In this document: positions 1 through 11,589 of the stretch, piece after piece
How the letters are laid out: every line of letters begins with the position of its first letter
How positions within the stretch are numbered: the first letter of the stretch is position 1
Assembly: GCF_006345805.1 (NCBI RefSeq)
Contig: NC_043006.1
Coordinates: forward strand, 87,048,001-87,112,000
Direction: 5' to 3'
Origin: Octopus sinensis
Taxonomy: Eukaryota
Length of the DNA: 64,000 nucleotides
The notes under the pieces: model-generated
Told to the model about the DNA's origin: nothing
Database searches by the model: none
The model's input: only the letters and a program-made list of their open reading frames with translations
Made by a program: the position numbers and the translations under genes

Positions 1-39
1 ATATATATATATATATATATAAATATGTATATATACACT

Positions 40-430
40 TAGAAATGGATGTGTGGTGTTCGATCATATAATAATATATATATATATATATATATGTATG
101 CATATATACACACATACATGTACATGCCTACATATATATGTATATATACATGCATATACGGGTACAGGAGGTAAAAAAATGTGAATAAAATGAGAAAGAA
201 CATAAATAAAAGCATGGAATACAAACATTTTTCAAACAATGATGGAAACAAATAGAGAAACAAGGCAGGCAACATAAAAAAAGATTCTCTTCATCAGTTA
301 TCCCCTGTTTTATCTACTCCGCGTTTCAAAGGTAGGACAAGACATGACTTCATTAAAACAGTCCCTCCAGCAAAGCAAATTAAATAAAAAATTTTCTCTC
401 TCACCCTTTCAATAATTCTTCTCTCCCCTT
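40..430. repeat. Unclassified interspersed repeat fragment (possibly a Penelope pseudo-LTR relic)
   Basis: Non-coding segment between microsatellites. The minus strand carries GAAACGCG and CTGATGAAG motifs reminiscent of PLE pLTRs, but no valid hammerhead fold could be built. Confidence 0.3.
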
Positions 431-754
431 TATGGTTCCCTCTCTCTCTCACACTCTTTCTCTTTGACTCTCTTGTTTCTCACACATGACCAACAGCTAT
501 CTATCTTTCTTTCTTCTACTTCCTTCCTAAAGATAAGACGTGTTTTTGCCTGTCTCTTCTCAAAGCTCGTTTTTCCAGCATTCACCACTTCACCTTGTCT
601 TGGCTTAACAGCCCTCACCATTTATTTTTACTGTTTTGTTCTTACTGTCCTGTTTTTGTTACCACTTTAACCCTCCACAAAAAATCCCAAAGAGAAAGAG
701 AAATGAAGAGAGAAAGAGAGGCTAAGAGATGTGTGTGTGTGTGTTTGGTACACA

Positions 755-787
<33 letters not shown>

Positions 788-1059
788 ATTGACCCATGGT
801 GGCCAAAGCCTTGTGAATGGATTTGGTAGATGGAAACAGAAAAAAACAGTTGCACGTGTGTGTGTGTGTGTATGTATGAATGAATGTATGTACATATGCT
901 TGTGTGTGTATGTTTGTATGTATGTATAAGTATACATCCCCACCTTTTGTCACCATTGCTTAATTTTCTTGTCTTTTCTGTTGAAATTGTTCTTACTTTC
1001 ATTGTTTTGGATTTCTTTCATTCTTCTTCCCTAGGGAATTCGTGGACAAGCTTTTTTTT

Positions 1060-3110
1060 ATTTACTTTTCTTGTTTCTTTTAATGCCAATGTGATCTATT
1101 TGCCTGAAAACTGTTGTACGTTGAGGTACCTGTGTACTATATTTGGGCGCACAGTAGATGGAACAGATGCAAGCAAGAAGCATGCATTGTGGGCTGTGAA
1201 GAACATGCAGTCTTCAGAAGCGGGGCCATTGGTAGGTGTACACTGTGCACCCTAATCAGCAGGAGTGCTTCTTTTTGCGTCTACTGCTGCACACTGTCAG
1301 ACCTTCGAAGACACGATTAAGAAGTCTGCACCATACATGGGCTACTGGATGATGATGCTCACTAGGACCAGACCCTGGAGGAGGTATTAGTCAGCAGAGC
1401 ACCAAGTCAACTGCACCTGCAATTTTCTACCATGTTGATGACATGTAGCTTGGGTGAACCTCTCAAGCTTGGGAAAACCACAAAACCAGCATGGCAGAGG
1501 ATATCCTACAAAGGATTCAAAGGCAAGCCTCAGTGGAAACAGCCATGTTCAATAACACCTATTTACAATGAGGCATTAGTTGACCTGGACACCCATGTGC
1601 AAGCTATGGGAGGTCAAGGCATTGCCACATTTGGTCTGCCTCACCCAAGCAGTCAGCAAATGATTTCACAATTGAGTATCTGTGAGAAATCAGCTATGAT
1701 ATTGAGGAAATGATGGTGTATACAGATGATAATGAGCACGAACTGTTTGAGGACCAACTGGATGTTTATAAGGCAATTATTTCGAACATTGAAAGTGAAA
1801 GAAGAGGTCTTTTCTTTCTGGATGCTCCAAGTGGAACTGGCAAGACATTTGTCATTAACCTTCTTCTGGCCAAACTGCGCAAAATGAAACATGTTATAAT
1901 AGCAGTGGTGTCAATTTGAATAGCTACAACTCTGCTAAGTGGTGGTCGCACAGCTCATTCCTGTTTCAGACTTCCTTTGGACCTGTCCAAGAAAGAGAAG
2001 GCAAACTGCAACATCAATCATGGTACTATAAAAGGCAAACTTCTTGGTGAATGCAGATTGATCATCTAGGATGAGGCAACTGATTCCTCAGGTTTGGAAA
2101 CACCGTATAAGGTTTCCTTTGAAGCTCTTAATATGGTCCTTCAGGATCTGAGACACAACACTAGGCTCATGGCATGTGCCACAGATTTGCTTGCAGGAGA
2201 CTTTAGACAAACCCTTCCTGTGGTTCCAAAGGAGACAAGAACTCATGAGGTAAATGCCAGCATAAAGTCATCCTATGGAGCAGTGTGCAAAAGCTGAGAC
2301 TCACAACCAGCATGAATCTGCAGCTCAGTGGTGATGATGCATACAGAACCTATTCAAAGCAATTGTTAGACATCAGTAATGGCACTTTGGTTAGCAAGAA
2401 GGATGGCTGGGTAAGCTTGCCTTTTGGACGTATGGTATCTGACTTAAGGGAACTAATGACTATGGTGTTTCCTAACCTGAGGAATCAGTTTTCAGACCAC
2501 AACTGGCTGAAAACCTGTGCCATTTTAGCCCGAAAGAATATGGCAGTTGATGATTTGAACATCAAACTTCTGGAGCATCTACAATTCTATTGACACTATA
2601 CTCAACATCGATGAAGCTGGGAATTATCCAGTCGAATTCTTGAATAGTCTAACACCACCCGGCCTCCCACCTCACAACTTGCACCTCAAGATTGGGGCAC
2701 AAGTTATGCTGCTTCAAAATCTTGATCCATCAAAGTTTTTCAAGGGCACATGACTTATTATAAAGAAGATGATGCTAACAGTCTTGGAGACAACAATTTT
2801 TGACTGGTAAAGCAAGCAGTGAGCCTGTATTCATTCCTAGGATTCCACTTATTCCCTCAGATATGCCTTTCCAGTACAAGCACCTGCAATTCCTGCTGAA
2901 AATGAGCTGAACAATGAGCATTAACAAGGCCAATGGGCAGCCCTTGGATGTAGTAAATCTGAATGTTGTGGAACCAGTTTTCTCCCATGGTCAACTTTAT
3001 GTGGAATGCTCAAGACTTGACAATCGTAATCATTTGTTTATTATGCCCAACAAGGAATGATCAAAACTTGTTTATCAAGAAGCTCTGCAAACTTAATAAG
3101 ATTCACCAAA
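1060..3110 (+). mobile_element. Degenerate Helitron Rep/PIF1-helicase (RepHel) coding remnant
   Basis: Frameshifted or stop-interrupted motifs in the expected order: LYVEVPVYYIW; GAIG(R)VYTVHPNQQECFFLRLLLHTV; IYNEALVDL..MGG..FGLPHP; Walker A LDAPSGTGKTFVINLLL; LLSGGRTAHS; LLAGDFRQTLPVVP; AILARKN; YPVEFLNSLTPPGLPPHNLHLKIG; SINKANGQ; VFSHGQLYVECSR. Confidence 0.92.
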
Positions 3111-3299
3111 TCATCAGGCATTTATTGTTTAACTTTAATATTTGTAAGTGTTATAAATGTATTGATAATCTACATGCTATTTTATTTTTAAATCTATATG
3201 CAAATTTATTTGTATGTCTACTGTACAACTAAATGTCAGCCTGTTTCTACATTCATTGTAAATCTATTTCAACACTAGCACCCCTAAGGGTTATTTTTC

Positions 3300-3600
3300 T
3301 CTCGGAACACACAAAAGCCCTTTTCAGAGTTATTTCTTTTGCATTGTTATTATCTCATATCTGATTAGCCTGTTATTATGTAACATGCTTCATGATTTTG
3401 GTATACATACCTTATTGGTATTTCCTCCTAAGTTCTATACACTCTGGGAACACATTAAAGCCTTTTTCTGGGCTACTTTATTTGAATTCTTACTATTAGG
3501 TAACTAATTTCATGTTATGTAACTGACTTCACGATTTGAGTATTCATAATTTATTGGGATTTCCTAAAAACAAGATTCTATGTAAGACAGTTTGGTATTC
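3300..3600. repeat. Diverged tandem duplication, about 143-bp unit
   Basis: Units start at 3300 (tctcggaacacacaaaagccc) and 3443 (tctgggaacacattaaagcc). They share ttatgtaac..cttca(t/c)gattt..gtat.cata..ttattgg.atttcct. A weaker third unit follows. Confidence 0.6.
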
Positions 3601-3799
3601 CCTGTAAATGCAGAAAGACCATTTTAAGGGCTACATGCTTTGTACTGTTGTTATTGGATTAGCGAAATAATTATGAGAACAGAACCAAGGGATAAGCCTT
3701 GCTTTTCCAGGAATTACTGGGAATGTCAGCTTGTACATATATATTTATAGAGAGAGAGAAAGAGAGATGTAAAGGTATGTAACCTAGTTTTTAGGGATG

Positions 3800-3960
3800 T
3801 GATACTCACAATCGCTAGATCGTGGGTTTGATACCCCAGACTGGGCAGAATGTTGCGTTTCTGAGCAAAACTCTTCATTTCACATTGCTCCAGTTCCCAT
3901 TTCGATCAAGAAGGAATATTGGCCTGCTCGCCTAGCCAGCAATGTGCATTGTGACCAGCA
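3800..3960 (+). mobile_element. tRNA-derived SINE fragment (same family as 35518-35798)
   Basis: Shares ctgagcaaaa.cttcatttcacattgctccagt with the 35.5-35.8 kb copy. Confidence 0.65.
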
Positions 3961-4321
3961 AGGCATAACAGCATTTAATAGTCTGGTTAGTCATGTATTC
4001 ACATGATATATATATATATATGTCTGTGTGTGGTAAATTGTGATATGGCAGAACATGTGCAACCTGTGGAAAAGTGTCCCTCTCAGTTAGAAGATGGAAA
4101 AGGTATGTCAAAAGAATTCCTACTGTGGCACCTGTTCCTTCTACCAGCCGACACAGCTGTGCATTACGCAATAGAATGTGCAAATCTTTCAATGCAAATC
4201 TTTCATGAGTCATACAAGGCCTTCACATTTCATCAACAATGACTCATTTCAATGATTCTTTCTAGCAATGGCTTTGCTCATATACAAGAAAGCAGCTAAG
4301 ATATATATATATATATACATT

Positions 4322-4480
4322 ATGGTATGGTTAAGAAATTCAGTTTCTAACTATGTGGTCTTGGGTTCAGTCTCACAGCCTGGAACTTTAGGCAATTGTC
4401 TTCAATGATAGCCTTGAACTAACCAATGACACATGAGTGAATTTGAATTTGGTAGGCAGAAACTGAAAGCAGCCAATCAT
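4322..4480 (+). mobile_element. tRNA-derived SINE 5' fragment (octopus OK-type)
   Basis: Diverged match to the head of the intact copy at 21519-21923 (ggttcagtc..., tttggtag..gaaactgaaag). Confidence 0.7.
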
Positions 4481-4940
4481 GTGTATATTTATCCATCCTT
4501 CCTTCTGCCTGTCTATATATATTTGTGCGTCCCTGTTTGACATAGCCTGATAGTAAACAACCATCAACAGCATACAATTGGTGTTGTCACTTTTCAACCT
4601 TCCTTGAACACATATCCATCCATAGAGAAATAATTACAGTACTTAGAAACAAGAGAAGGTTGGCAACAGGAAGCGTACCCTGATTTTGTACTTTGAGGTA
4701 GAAAATCTACCTCAATGAATTCTGACGTATATAAGCATGGAAAAAGTAAATGTAACACACACACACACAAGCACACGAACATAGATGCATGCACATGCAC
4801 ACACACAGAGACAAACTGACAGACAGATAGATAGAGTAAAGATTATTTGCCCACATAACATGGTAGTCCTGGTAAGCACAAATGCTACTGCTATTTAGCC
4901 CCATGAAACATCATCTCCAGTAGGCTATACAACCCACTAC

Positions 4941-4979
<39 letters not shown>

Positions 4980-5202
4980 AAATAATGAGGGAGATAAATT
5001 GAATATCAATTTAAAACCAGTAGCTCAGCATACAAAAATCTGAAAAATCAGAGAAAATTCTAATACATGTGTATATTTTAAGGGCTAAAAACCACTATGT
5101 GGACAGCCACATGCTAGAAATAGATCACCTATGATCAAACTACAAAGAAAGAATGTTCTCTAGAGAAAATTCAGTTTTACAAATTATATTGCTTTTGGAA
5201 CG

Positions 5203-5277
5203 ATCGTACTGATGAGTCCTACGGACGAAGGATTACGTAAGTGATTTATTCGTTAATAGACGAAACCGGTATGTGAT
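5203..5277 (+). ncRNA. Type I hammerhead ribozyme, copy 1
   Basis: Stem I ATCGTA/TGTGAT. Core CTGATGA at 5209-5215. Extended stem II (GTC.TA/TAGAC, ACGAA/TTCGT, GGATTAC/GTGATTT) capped by GTAA. GAA at 5262-5264. Palindromic stem III ACCGGT. Predicted cleavage after GUA at 5271. Confidence 0.85.
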
Positions 5278-5746
5278 TAATTCTTGTTTTTTATATAATC
5301 TTCATCTGTCTTGCCCACTTATTGTTCTGGTGTCTGCTGAATTTTCTCTAGAGAACATTATTTCTTTGTAGTTTGATCGAGGTGATCTATTTCTAGCATA
5401 TGGCTGTCCACATAATGGTTTTTAGACCTTAAAATATACACATGTATTAGAATTTTCTCTGATTTTTCAGATTTTTGTATGCTAGGCTACTGGTTTTAAA
5501 TTGATATTAAGTAAATTAATATTCAATTTATCTCCCTCATTATTTAAATGTTAAAATAAATATGTTCTCTAATAGGCAGTATTAACTGCAGTAAATTATT
5601 TACTGCAGTCTTTGTTTCCGGAATTTAGTGCGCCAGAACTCAGACATTTGAAATTAACCCCAATGTAATTGGTGGAACTAAGCACGTGTCTGTTTTTATA
5701 CGGAAAACTGGTGGTTAGTTTTACAAATTATATTGCTTTTGGAACG

Positions 5747-5821
5747 ATCGTACTGATGAGTCCTACGGACGAAGGATTACGTAAGTGATTTATTTGTTAA
5801 TAGATGAAACCGGTATGCGAT
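5747..5821 (+). ncRNA. Type I hammerhead ribozyme, copy 2
   Basis: Same layout: ATCGTA, CTGATGA (5753-5759), stem II, GAA (5806-5808), ACCGGT, A5815, TGCGAT. Two C>T changes in stem II keep pairing as G.U. Confidence 0.8.
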
Positions 5822-5982
5822 TATTTCTTGATTTTTATATAACTTTCTTCTGTCTTGCCCGCATTTTGTTCTGGTGTTCGCTGAATTTTCTCTAGAGAAC
5901 ATTCTTTCTTTGTAGTTTGATCGTAGGTGATCTATTTCTAGCATATAGCTGTCCACATTGTGGTTTTTAGCCCTTAAAATAT

Positions 5983-6057
<75 letters not shown>

Positions 6058-6957
6058 TACATATATGCATACATATTTATATATGCATATATGAATGCAT
6101 TTATATATGAATATGCATATATATAAATGCATATATACACAAACACATGGGTATGTGTATATATATGTATGTACGTACATACATACCATTACATTGTATG
6201 CATATATGTACATACATTTAAATATATATATATATGGTCATATGCATACACTCACATGTGTGGGTGATTGTGTATGTGTGTTGTATAGAGTTAATTCCAC
6301 ATAAACAGATATCTTTCCAATGCACCTGACACAAGCACCCACCACATGCATCTTCACATATGCACAGATACACAGATACAGGCAGATGCGCACAGATACA
6401 CACAGTTTTTGCAACAGCTCCAGCGATTCCACTGAAACTATTTGAAAATATCTAAATATTGTAAACTGTGTTTATGACACTACTGGGACAGAAAGTGATA
6501 GAAATACAGAGGGTGAGAAAGAGATAGAGAATGGGGAACAGGAGTGAGATGAAAGTGTAGTGATACTAGGCAGAATTAGAGAGTAAAAATGAGAGAGAAA
6601 ATTGGTGAACGAGAGAGAAAGATGTATGAGAAACATTAGAAGTTATAGAGAAATTTGATTTGAAGGAGAGATTGTAAAGAGAAGTGTGTAGGTACAGAGT
6701 GCGAAATAGTGTTGTAGATTGACAGATATATACAGAGAGATAAGGTGAGAGATTGTTATAAGCATACGAGAAGGAAAGAGGGAGAGAGTATGAGAGAAAA
6801 AGATCAAGGGATAATAAAAATAGTTCAACAGCTAAAATCAATTGATATTTCTATTGTTGTTGTTGTTGTTGTCATTGAGGTCTATAATTAATTGCAGTTG
6901 TTGTTCTGATGCTCGCTAATGTTTATTATTTTTTTCAAACTCAGTTTCTATTAATGC

Positions 6958-7007
<50 letters not shown>

Positions 7008-7407
7008 TTATTATTATTATGTTTATTTGCATGTCGTTATATCTTCTGTTGTTGTCTGCTGCTGACACTATGATTGGTTTTTCTGTCTCCTTTTCTTTTA
7101 TTAAATTTGATTTGAATAAATTATTGATGCATGCAACTGCCCCTACCCTATCTATATATGTATACATATATGTTACACACACACAAACACACACATATAT
7201 ATATATAGATCAACACATCACTATTGATCTATCTACCTACTACCAACCAACTTACCTACCTACCTGTGTGTGTATGTATGTATACTAGCACATACATACA
7301 CACACACACATATATATGAATGCCTGTGTGTGTAGTGTGTGTGCTTGTGCACTTGAAACAGCATTAGATTAAAACAGTAATATGTATAGCATTTGTAATG
7401 TACTTAC

Positions 7408-7623
7408 AAATACAGATGATGCCAGCTGTAACCTTTTGAGAAATCTCATAAAGAGATTTTTTTGTGTTAAAAACACAGAAGTCACCCAGAATGTTGTCAA
7501 CAGATAGTCAGATACCAGTTGGAATGAAGATTTTAACTTGGCTCAGAATGCTCAGGAGATAAGCAAATGTAACATAACTGGTGTGAAAGATGGTCAGGCT
7601 AAAATCAAATCATTTATACGCAC
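7408..7623 (-). other. Candidate spliced exon (216 nt, non-coding or 5'UTR plus start codon)
   Basis: Bounded by aatcctatttcAG| and |GTaagtac. All three frames contain stops. A late ATG gives MRFLKRLQLASSVF up to the donor. Supported by splice signals only. Confidence 0.3.
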
Positions 7624-8192
7624 CTGAAATAGGATTGAATTAAAATAAATATTTGTAAAATATTTATAATATATTTACAAATGAAGAGTGAGCTCTATGT
7701 TTTTTAAAATATAAAGTCTCTCCAGAGAAGTTTCTTGGAGATAAAATGTTACACCTAGCACCATTCTGTGTTTGTATATATCTTATGAATATTATCAGAT
7801 CTTCCTTTGAACTTAATGTGGATTTAAGTGCATATATTGATTTAATTGTAGCCTACCTGCTTTCACACATATCAGTGAATGTGTGTTAAAAGGAACTCTA
7901 TGATGATCAGCCATTCAGTAAGCTATTCTCTTCATTCCAGAAGCTTTGTAACATTTACAACTGTCAAGGTATCAGTGGCTCTCTGACAGGTTTATGATGA
8001 AGCCTGTTGCAGCAGAGACCTCTAGCTCTGGTCCACAACACTGTTGGAACATGAGACAGAGATAACTGTCCTCAAGTGCAAGCCCCATGAGTCAGAGTGG
8101 CTGTTCCAATGCATCTTCCTCACCATCGTAAGAAAATCTATTTAGAAACAAAATGCTACACACATTTCACCATTCTATGTTTGTATATAAAT

Positions 8193-8580
8193 CCTTAAAT
8201 CCATAAAAATGTTTCAGCCTGAAAGCTGCGACCATGCTGGGGCACCACCGTTGAATGAGCTACACTAGTATGTGAAACCACCTCTGATACGTAGCACTTG
8301 GTCAACAAGGGAGTTCGACGCTGCTGCCCGCATCTGTGTTTCCTGCCAAGAGGTAGGTTCATCTGATCTGGAATCCCTGACAAGAAGAGATCCAGTTTAG
8401 TTTTAAAGAAACCCACATCCACACCAGCAGGTCTCTCAGGCATTTAGGAAGGATATTGAAGAGCTGTGGTCCCCTGAAACCCAAGCTGTTGCAGTATCTG
8501 GTCCTGTATTTTGATGGTGTTGTTGGGATCTTTGGCACCATGCAGTGGTGCGCCATTCCGCTGTTGGGGTAACTTTCAAT
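8193..8580 (-). mobile_element. CR1/L2-group LINE 3' end fragment
   Basis: RT C-terminal peptide HCMVPKIP..RTRYCNSLGFRGPQLFNILPKCLRDL / VDVGFFKTKLDLFLSGIPD, then a 3'UTR ending ggtggtgccccagcatggtcgcag..ctgaaaca. Confidence 0.8.
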
Positions 8581-9206
8581 GCCAAAATATATACATATCT
8601 ACTATAAATGTTATGATTTCTTATATCTATGTGTATATATGCATGAGTGTGTGTGTGAAAGAATATATATATTCTTTCATATCATTTCATGTCTTTGGCC
8701 AATATTACATATGACTTGTATAGACCGTGTGAGAGGTGTTGAGGACTTAGTGCTAGTAAATACTGTTAGCATATTAAGCATGCATGTGTGTGTCTGTGTG
8801 TATATGTATGAGAAATTACGATAAACACAAGTTGATATCACTTCTTCCTATGCATGTTTCACTATTGTGGTTGTTTGCAAATTTGCATCGGATGTTCGAA
8901 GTCCAATTAGATGTTTAACCACATCAGGGCATAAGGGAAACATTTTATCGTGTTATGCAGTTAAGCATCCAACAGCACTTAAAACGTCCAATGCAGAAAT
9001 CCAAACAATCTTAGTGGTACATAGAAAAAGTGGTATAAGCTTGTTCTTATCCTAATTTCTCCTACATTTGCTCTGTACATCATAACCACTAATACCACCA
9101 AGGAGAGTACTAGTCAAACCATTATACTGGATGCATATTGGGCAAGGATAGTCAATGTGGAGCTCTGATCTCAACAGTAGCAGCTGTACAATTAAATGTA
9201 CACACA

Positions 9207-9261
<55 letters not shown>

Positions 9262-9469
9262 TAGACAGACAGACAGATAGATAGATATACAGGGGTGGGT
9301 AAAAGTAGATATACAGTTGCTTGTGGCTCAAGCATTCACTCAAAGTCTCCAGAAATGAAAAAAAGAAGGCTGCCAATGAGTTAAAAGAAATAGAGAAATG
9401 AATATTCCACTCATATTAAGCCACTGTGTACCAATTCTTTTTTGCCCATACTTTATATATATCATCATC

Positions 9470-10160
9470 ATCGTTTAACGTCCGTTTTCCATGCTAGCAT
9501 GGGTTGGACGGTCCGACCGGGGATCTGGGAAGCCAGAAGGCTGCCCCAGGCTCCGGTCTTATCTGGCAATGTTTCTACAGCTGGATGCCCTTCCTAACAA
9601 TATATATATTGTTCTGTTAATGTAGGATCAACAAAAAAGTGTACTCCATCCAGTGGGAGATAATTATCATTTAATGTACATAGCATTTAAAATAAGAGCT
9701 TTTAATAGTTTCTTGCAACAAAGACACTGAATTTAGGCAGATTTATATAACATGCTTTGTGTCTTGAAGTAATCTTCTGGATAAGTGCCCTGGGCTTCAA
9801 GGCATCTATATATATATCATCATCATCATCATTATCATCGCTATCATTAAACATCCATTTCCATGGTAGTATGGGTTGGACAGTTTGACAGGAGTTAGCA
9901 AGTCTGAGAGCCATTTTGGGCATGGTTTCTAAGGCTGGATGCCCTTCCTAATGCCAACCACTTTTTACGTGGCACCAGAATTTTACATGGCATGAGCATC
10001 AGTGCTTTTTATGTGTCACTAACACTAGTGCTTTTTACATAGTACCAGCACTGACAGGGTCACCAAGTAACTCGAATGACAAAACCCCCTCAACAGGGCA
10101 GGAGTAGCAGTAAGGACAGGGGATAGCTTTGTGCCAGTTGATGAGAGATGACACATATGG
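9470..10160 (-). mobile_element. Two fragments of a SINE family with an internal tandem minisatellite and a ...catggaaaacggacgttaaacgatgatg 3' tail (probably RTE-mobilised)
   Basis: Reverse-complement matches to the 41230-41575 copy (tggatgcccttcctaa.gccaacc, gtgcttttt..gtggcaccag). The RTE link is inference. Confidence 0.65.
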
Positions 10161-10199
10161 GAAGGACTGAGATAATTATCTCTCTGCAGAGTATATAGA

Positions 10200-10560
10200 A
10201 AGGGTCAACCTGGAACACAATTCACTATTTCCCCAGTAAAACATTTTCTTGGTAGAGGGCATGCATTTTTATAATCATGTTTATTTGGATTGAGGTTAGT
10301 TAGTTTTTGATTTAGTCTTATTTGATAGGAAATAGCTATTATTTAGAAGTTATGGGTGTTAGAATAAATTTTAATGACTGTATTTAAAACTTTGTGGTAT
10401 GTGTACAAGTGGGAAATGTTTTTTCAAAAAGAATGTTTTGGTTATAAAAAATTTTATTTGTAGATTTTATGGTGGATTATCCCAGATTATGTCACCTTTT
10501 CCGCTTTATGTTGAGATTTGCTGTGTTCTTGTAATATTTGATTTATTCCATCTAACCACT
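10200..10560 (-). mobile_element. Penelope-like element remnant (RT to GIY-YIG linker)
   Basis: Minus-strand peptide KRKGDIIWDNPP*NLQIK..FLKKHFPL.H resembles the PLE motif RNIIWFNPPY...KHFP. Confidence 0.65.
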
Positions 10561-10584
10561 TTCTTAGAGCTTTGTTGTACTGGT

Positions 10585-10745
10585 TCAGGAGTGGCTGGGT
10601 GGTAACAAGCTTACTTCCCAACTACATGGTTCCAGGTTCAGTCCCACTGCATGGCACCTTGAGCAAGTGTCTTTTACTATAGCCTCGGTCCAACCAAAAC
10701 CTTATGAGTGGATTTAGTAGATGGAAACTGAGAGAAGCCCATCGT
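10585..10745 (+). mobile_element. tRNA-derived SINE 5' half (OK-type)
   Basis: caggagtggctgggtggtaacaagctt...ggttcagtcccactgcatggcaccttgagcaagtgtc matches the head of 21519-21923. Confidence 0.85.
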
Positions 10746-10758
10746 CCTTTCCCCCCAA

Positions 10759-11010
10759 GTGGCCTCCATCCCCTCCCACATCCATGACACTAACCATGCA
10801 CTTTGTCCCATTAACTCTTTCTCCTTCCCTTCTGGCCCCTCTAAATTTCTGTTCACTCTTGATGTCAAGAGTTTATATATGGAGATCCCACACAATAAAG
10901 GGCTTCTCACACTGAAACAATTTTTGGACCTTCAACCTGACCCCCAACCTGACACCTCCACACTTCATCTGGCTGAAATTGTTCTCCCTCTCAACTGCTT
11001 CTCGTTCGCA
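10759..11010 (+). mobile_element. Penelope-like reverse transcriptase fragment
   Basis: LFTLDVKSLYMEIPHNKGLLTLKQFLD...LAEIVLPLNCFSF matches the PLE RT motif F(T/S)xDVxSLYTxIP and the following helix. Confidence 0.85.
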
Positions 11011-11589
11011 GTGGATTTTTACCGAGAGAGAGAGATAGTGTGTGTGCGTGTGTGTGTGTGTACATGTAAGAGTGCATGCATGTTGCATTAACTATAATCT
11101 AGAATGTTACAAGTCAATAGGAGCATTGATACAGCAGCAAGGCACAGTAACTAGGTTACCACTCCACCTGTTATTGAAGCCCCACGTTTGGGCAGGTATT
11201 CAAGCTCTACACTAACTTGCCAGTTCATTGCATACTAGCACAGGTGAGTAATTGAATAAATTGAGTGATACTATATTTTAGCGATCCCAAAATGATGAGT
11301 TTATGAAATCAACCATTTGTTAGAATGAGTACCAGGCTTAAAAAAAAAAAATTTACTGGATCTGATTCATTCAACTAAAATTTCTTCAAGGTGGTACCCC
11401 AGCATGGCTGTAGTCTAATGACTGAAACTAGTAAAAAGATAAAATTAAAAGAAGATATATAATTTCATCATTATCATTTAACTATCTTCTGAGCTGACAT
11501 GGGTTACAGATGATTTGATAGGATCCTATAGGCCAGAGAAGTCAAGCTCATACATACATACAAATAAACATACATTCATACATACATGT

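Larger units (their letters stand above)
4972..5985 (+). mobile_element. Non-coding Penelope-type pLTR / retrozyme-like element: inverted arm plus two tandem hammerhead-bearing units
   Basis: 4972-5174 is the reverse complement of about 5338-5555. About 5175-5440 is repeated directly at about 5718-5985. Each unit carries a hammerhead core. (AT)n tracts flank both ends. Confidence 0.85.

Noticed and set aside
285-340. Minus-strand GAAACGCG...CTGATGAAG in type-II hammerhead order
   Set aside because: Stem II is weakly possible, but the segment that must form stem I (gataaaacaggggataa) does not pair.
4020-4290. Overlapping 79- and 93-aa ORFs in unique-looking DNA
   Set aside because: No recognisable motif, and no splice-compatible open exon found.
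7408-7623. Frame with two in-frame TGA codons read as a selenoprotein or mitochondrial-code NUMT
   Set aside because: The resulting peptide resembles nothing I recognise, and there is no SECIS or mitochondrial gene context.
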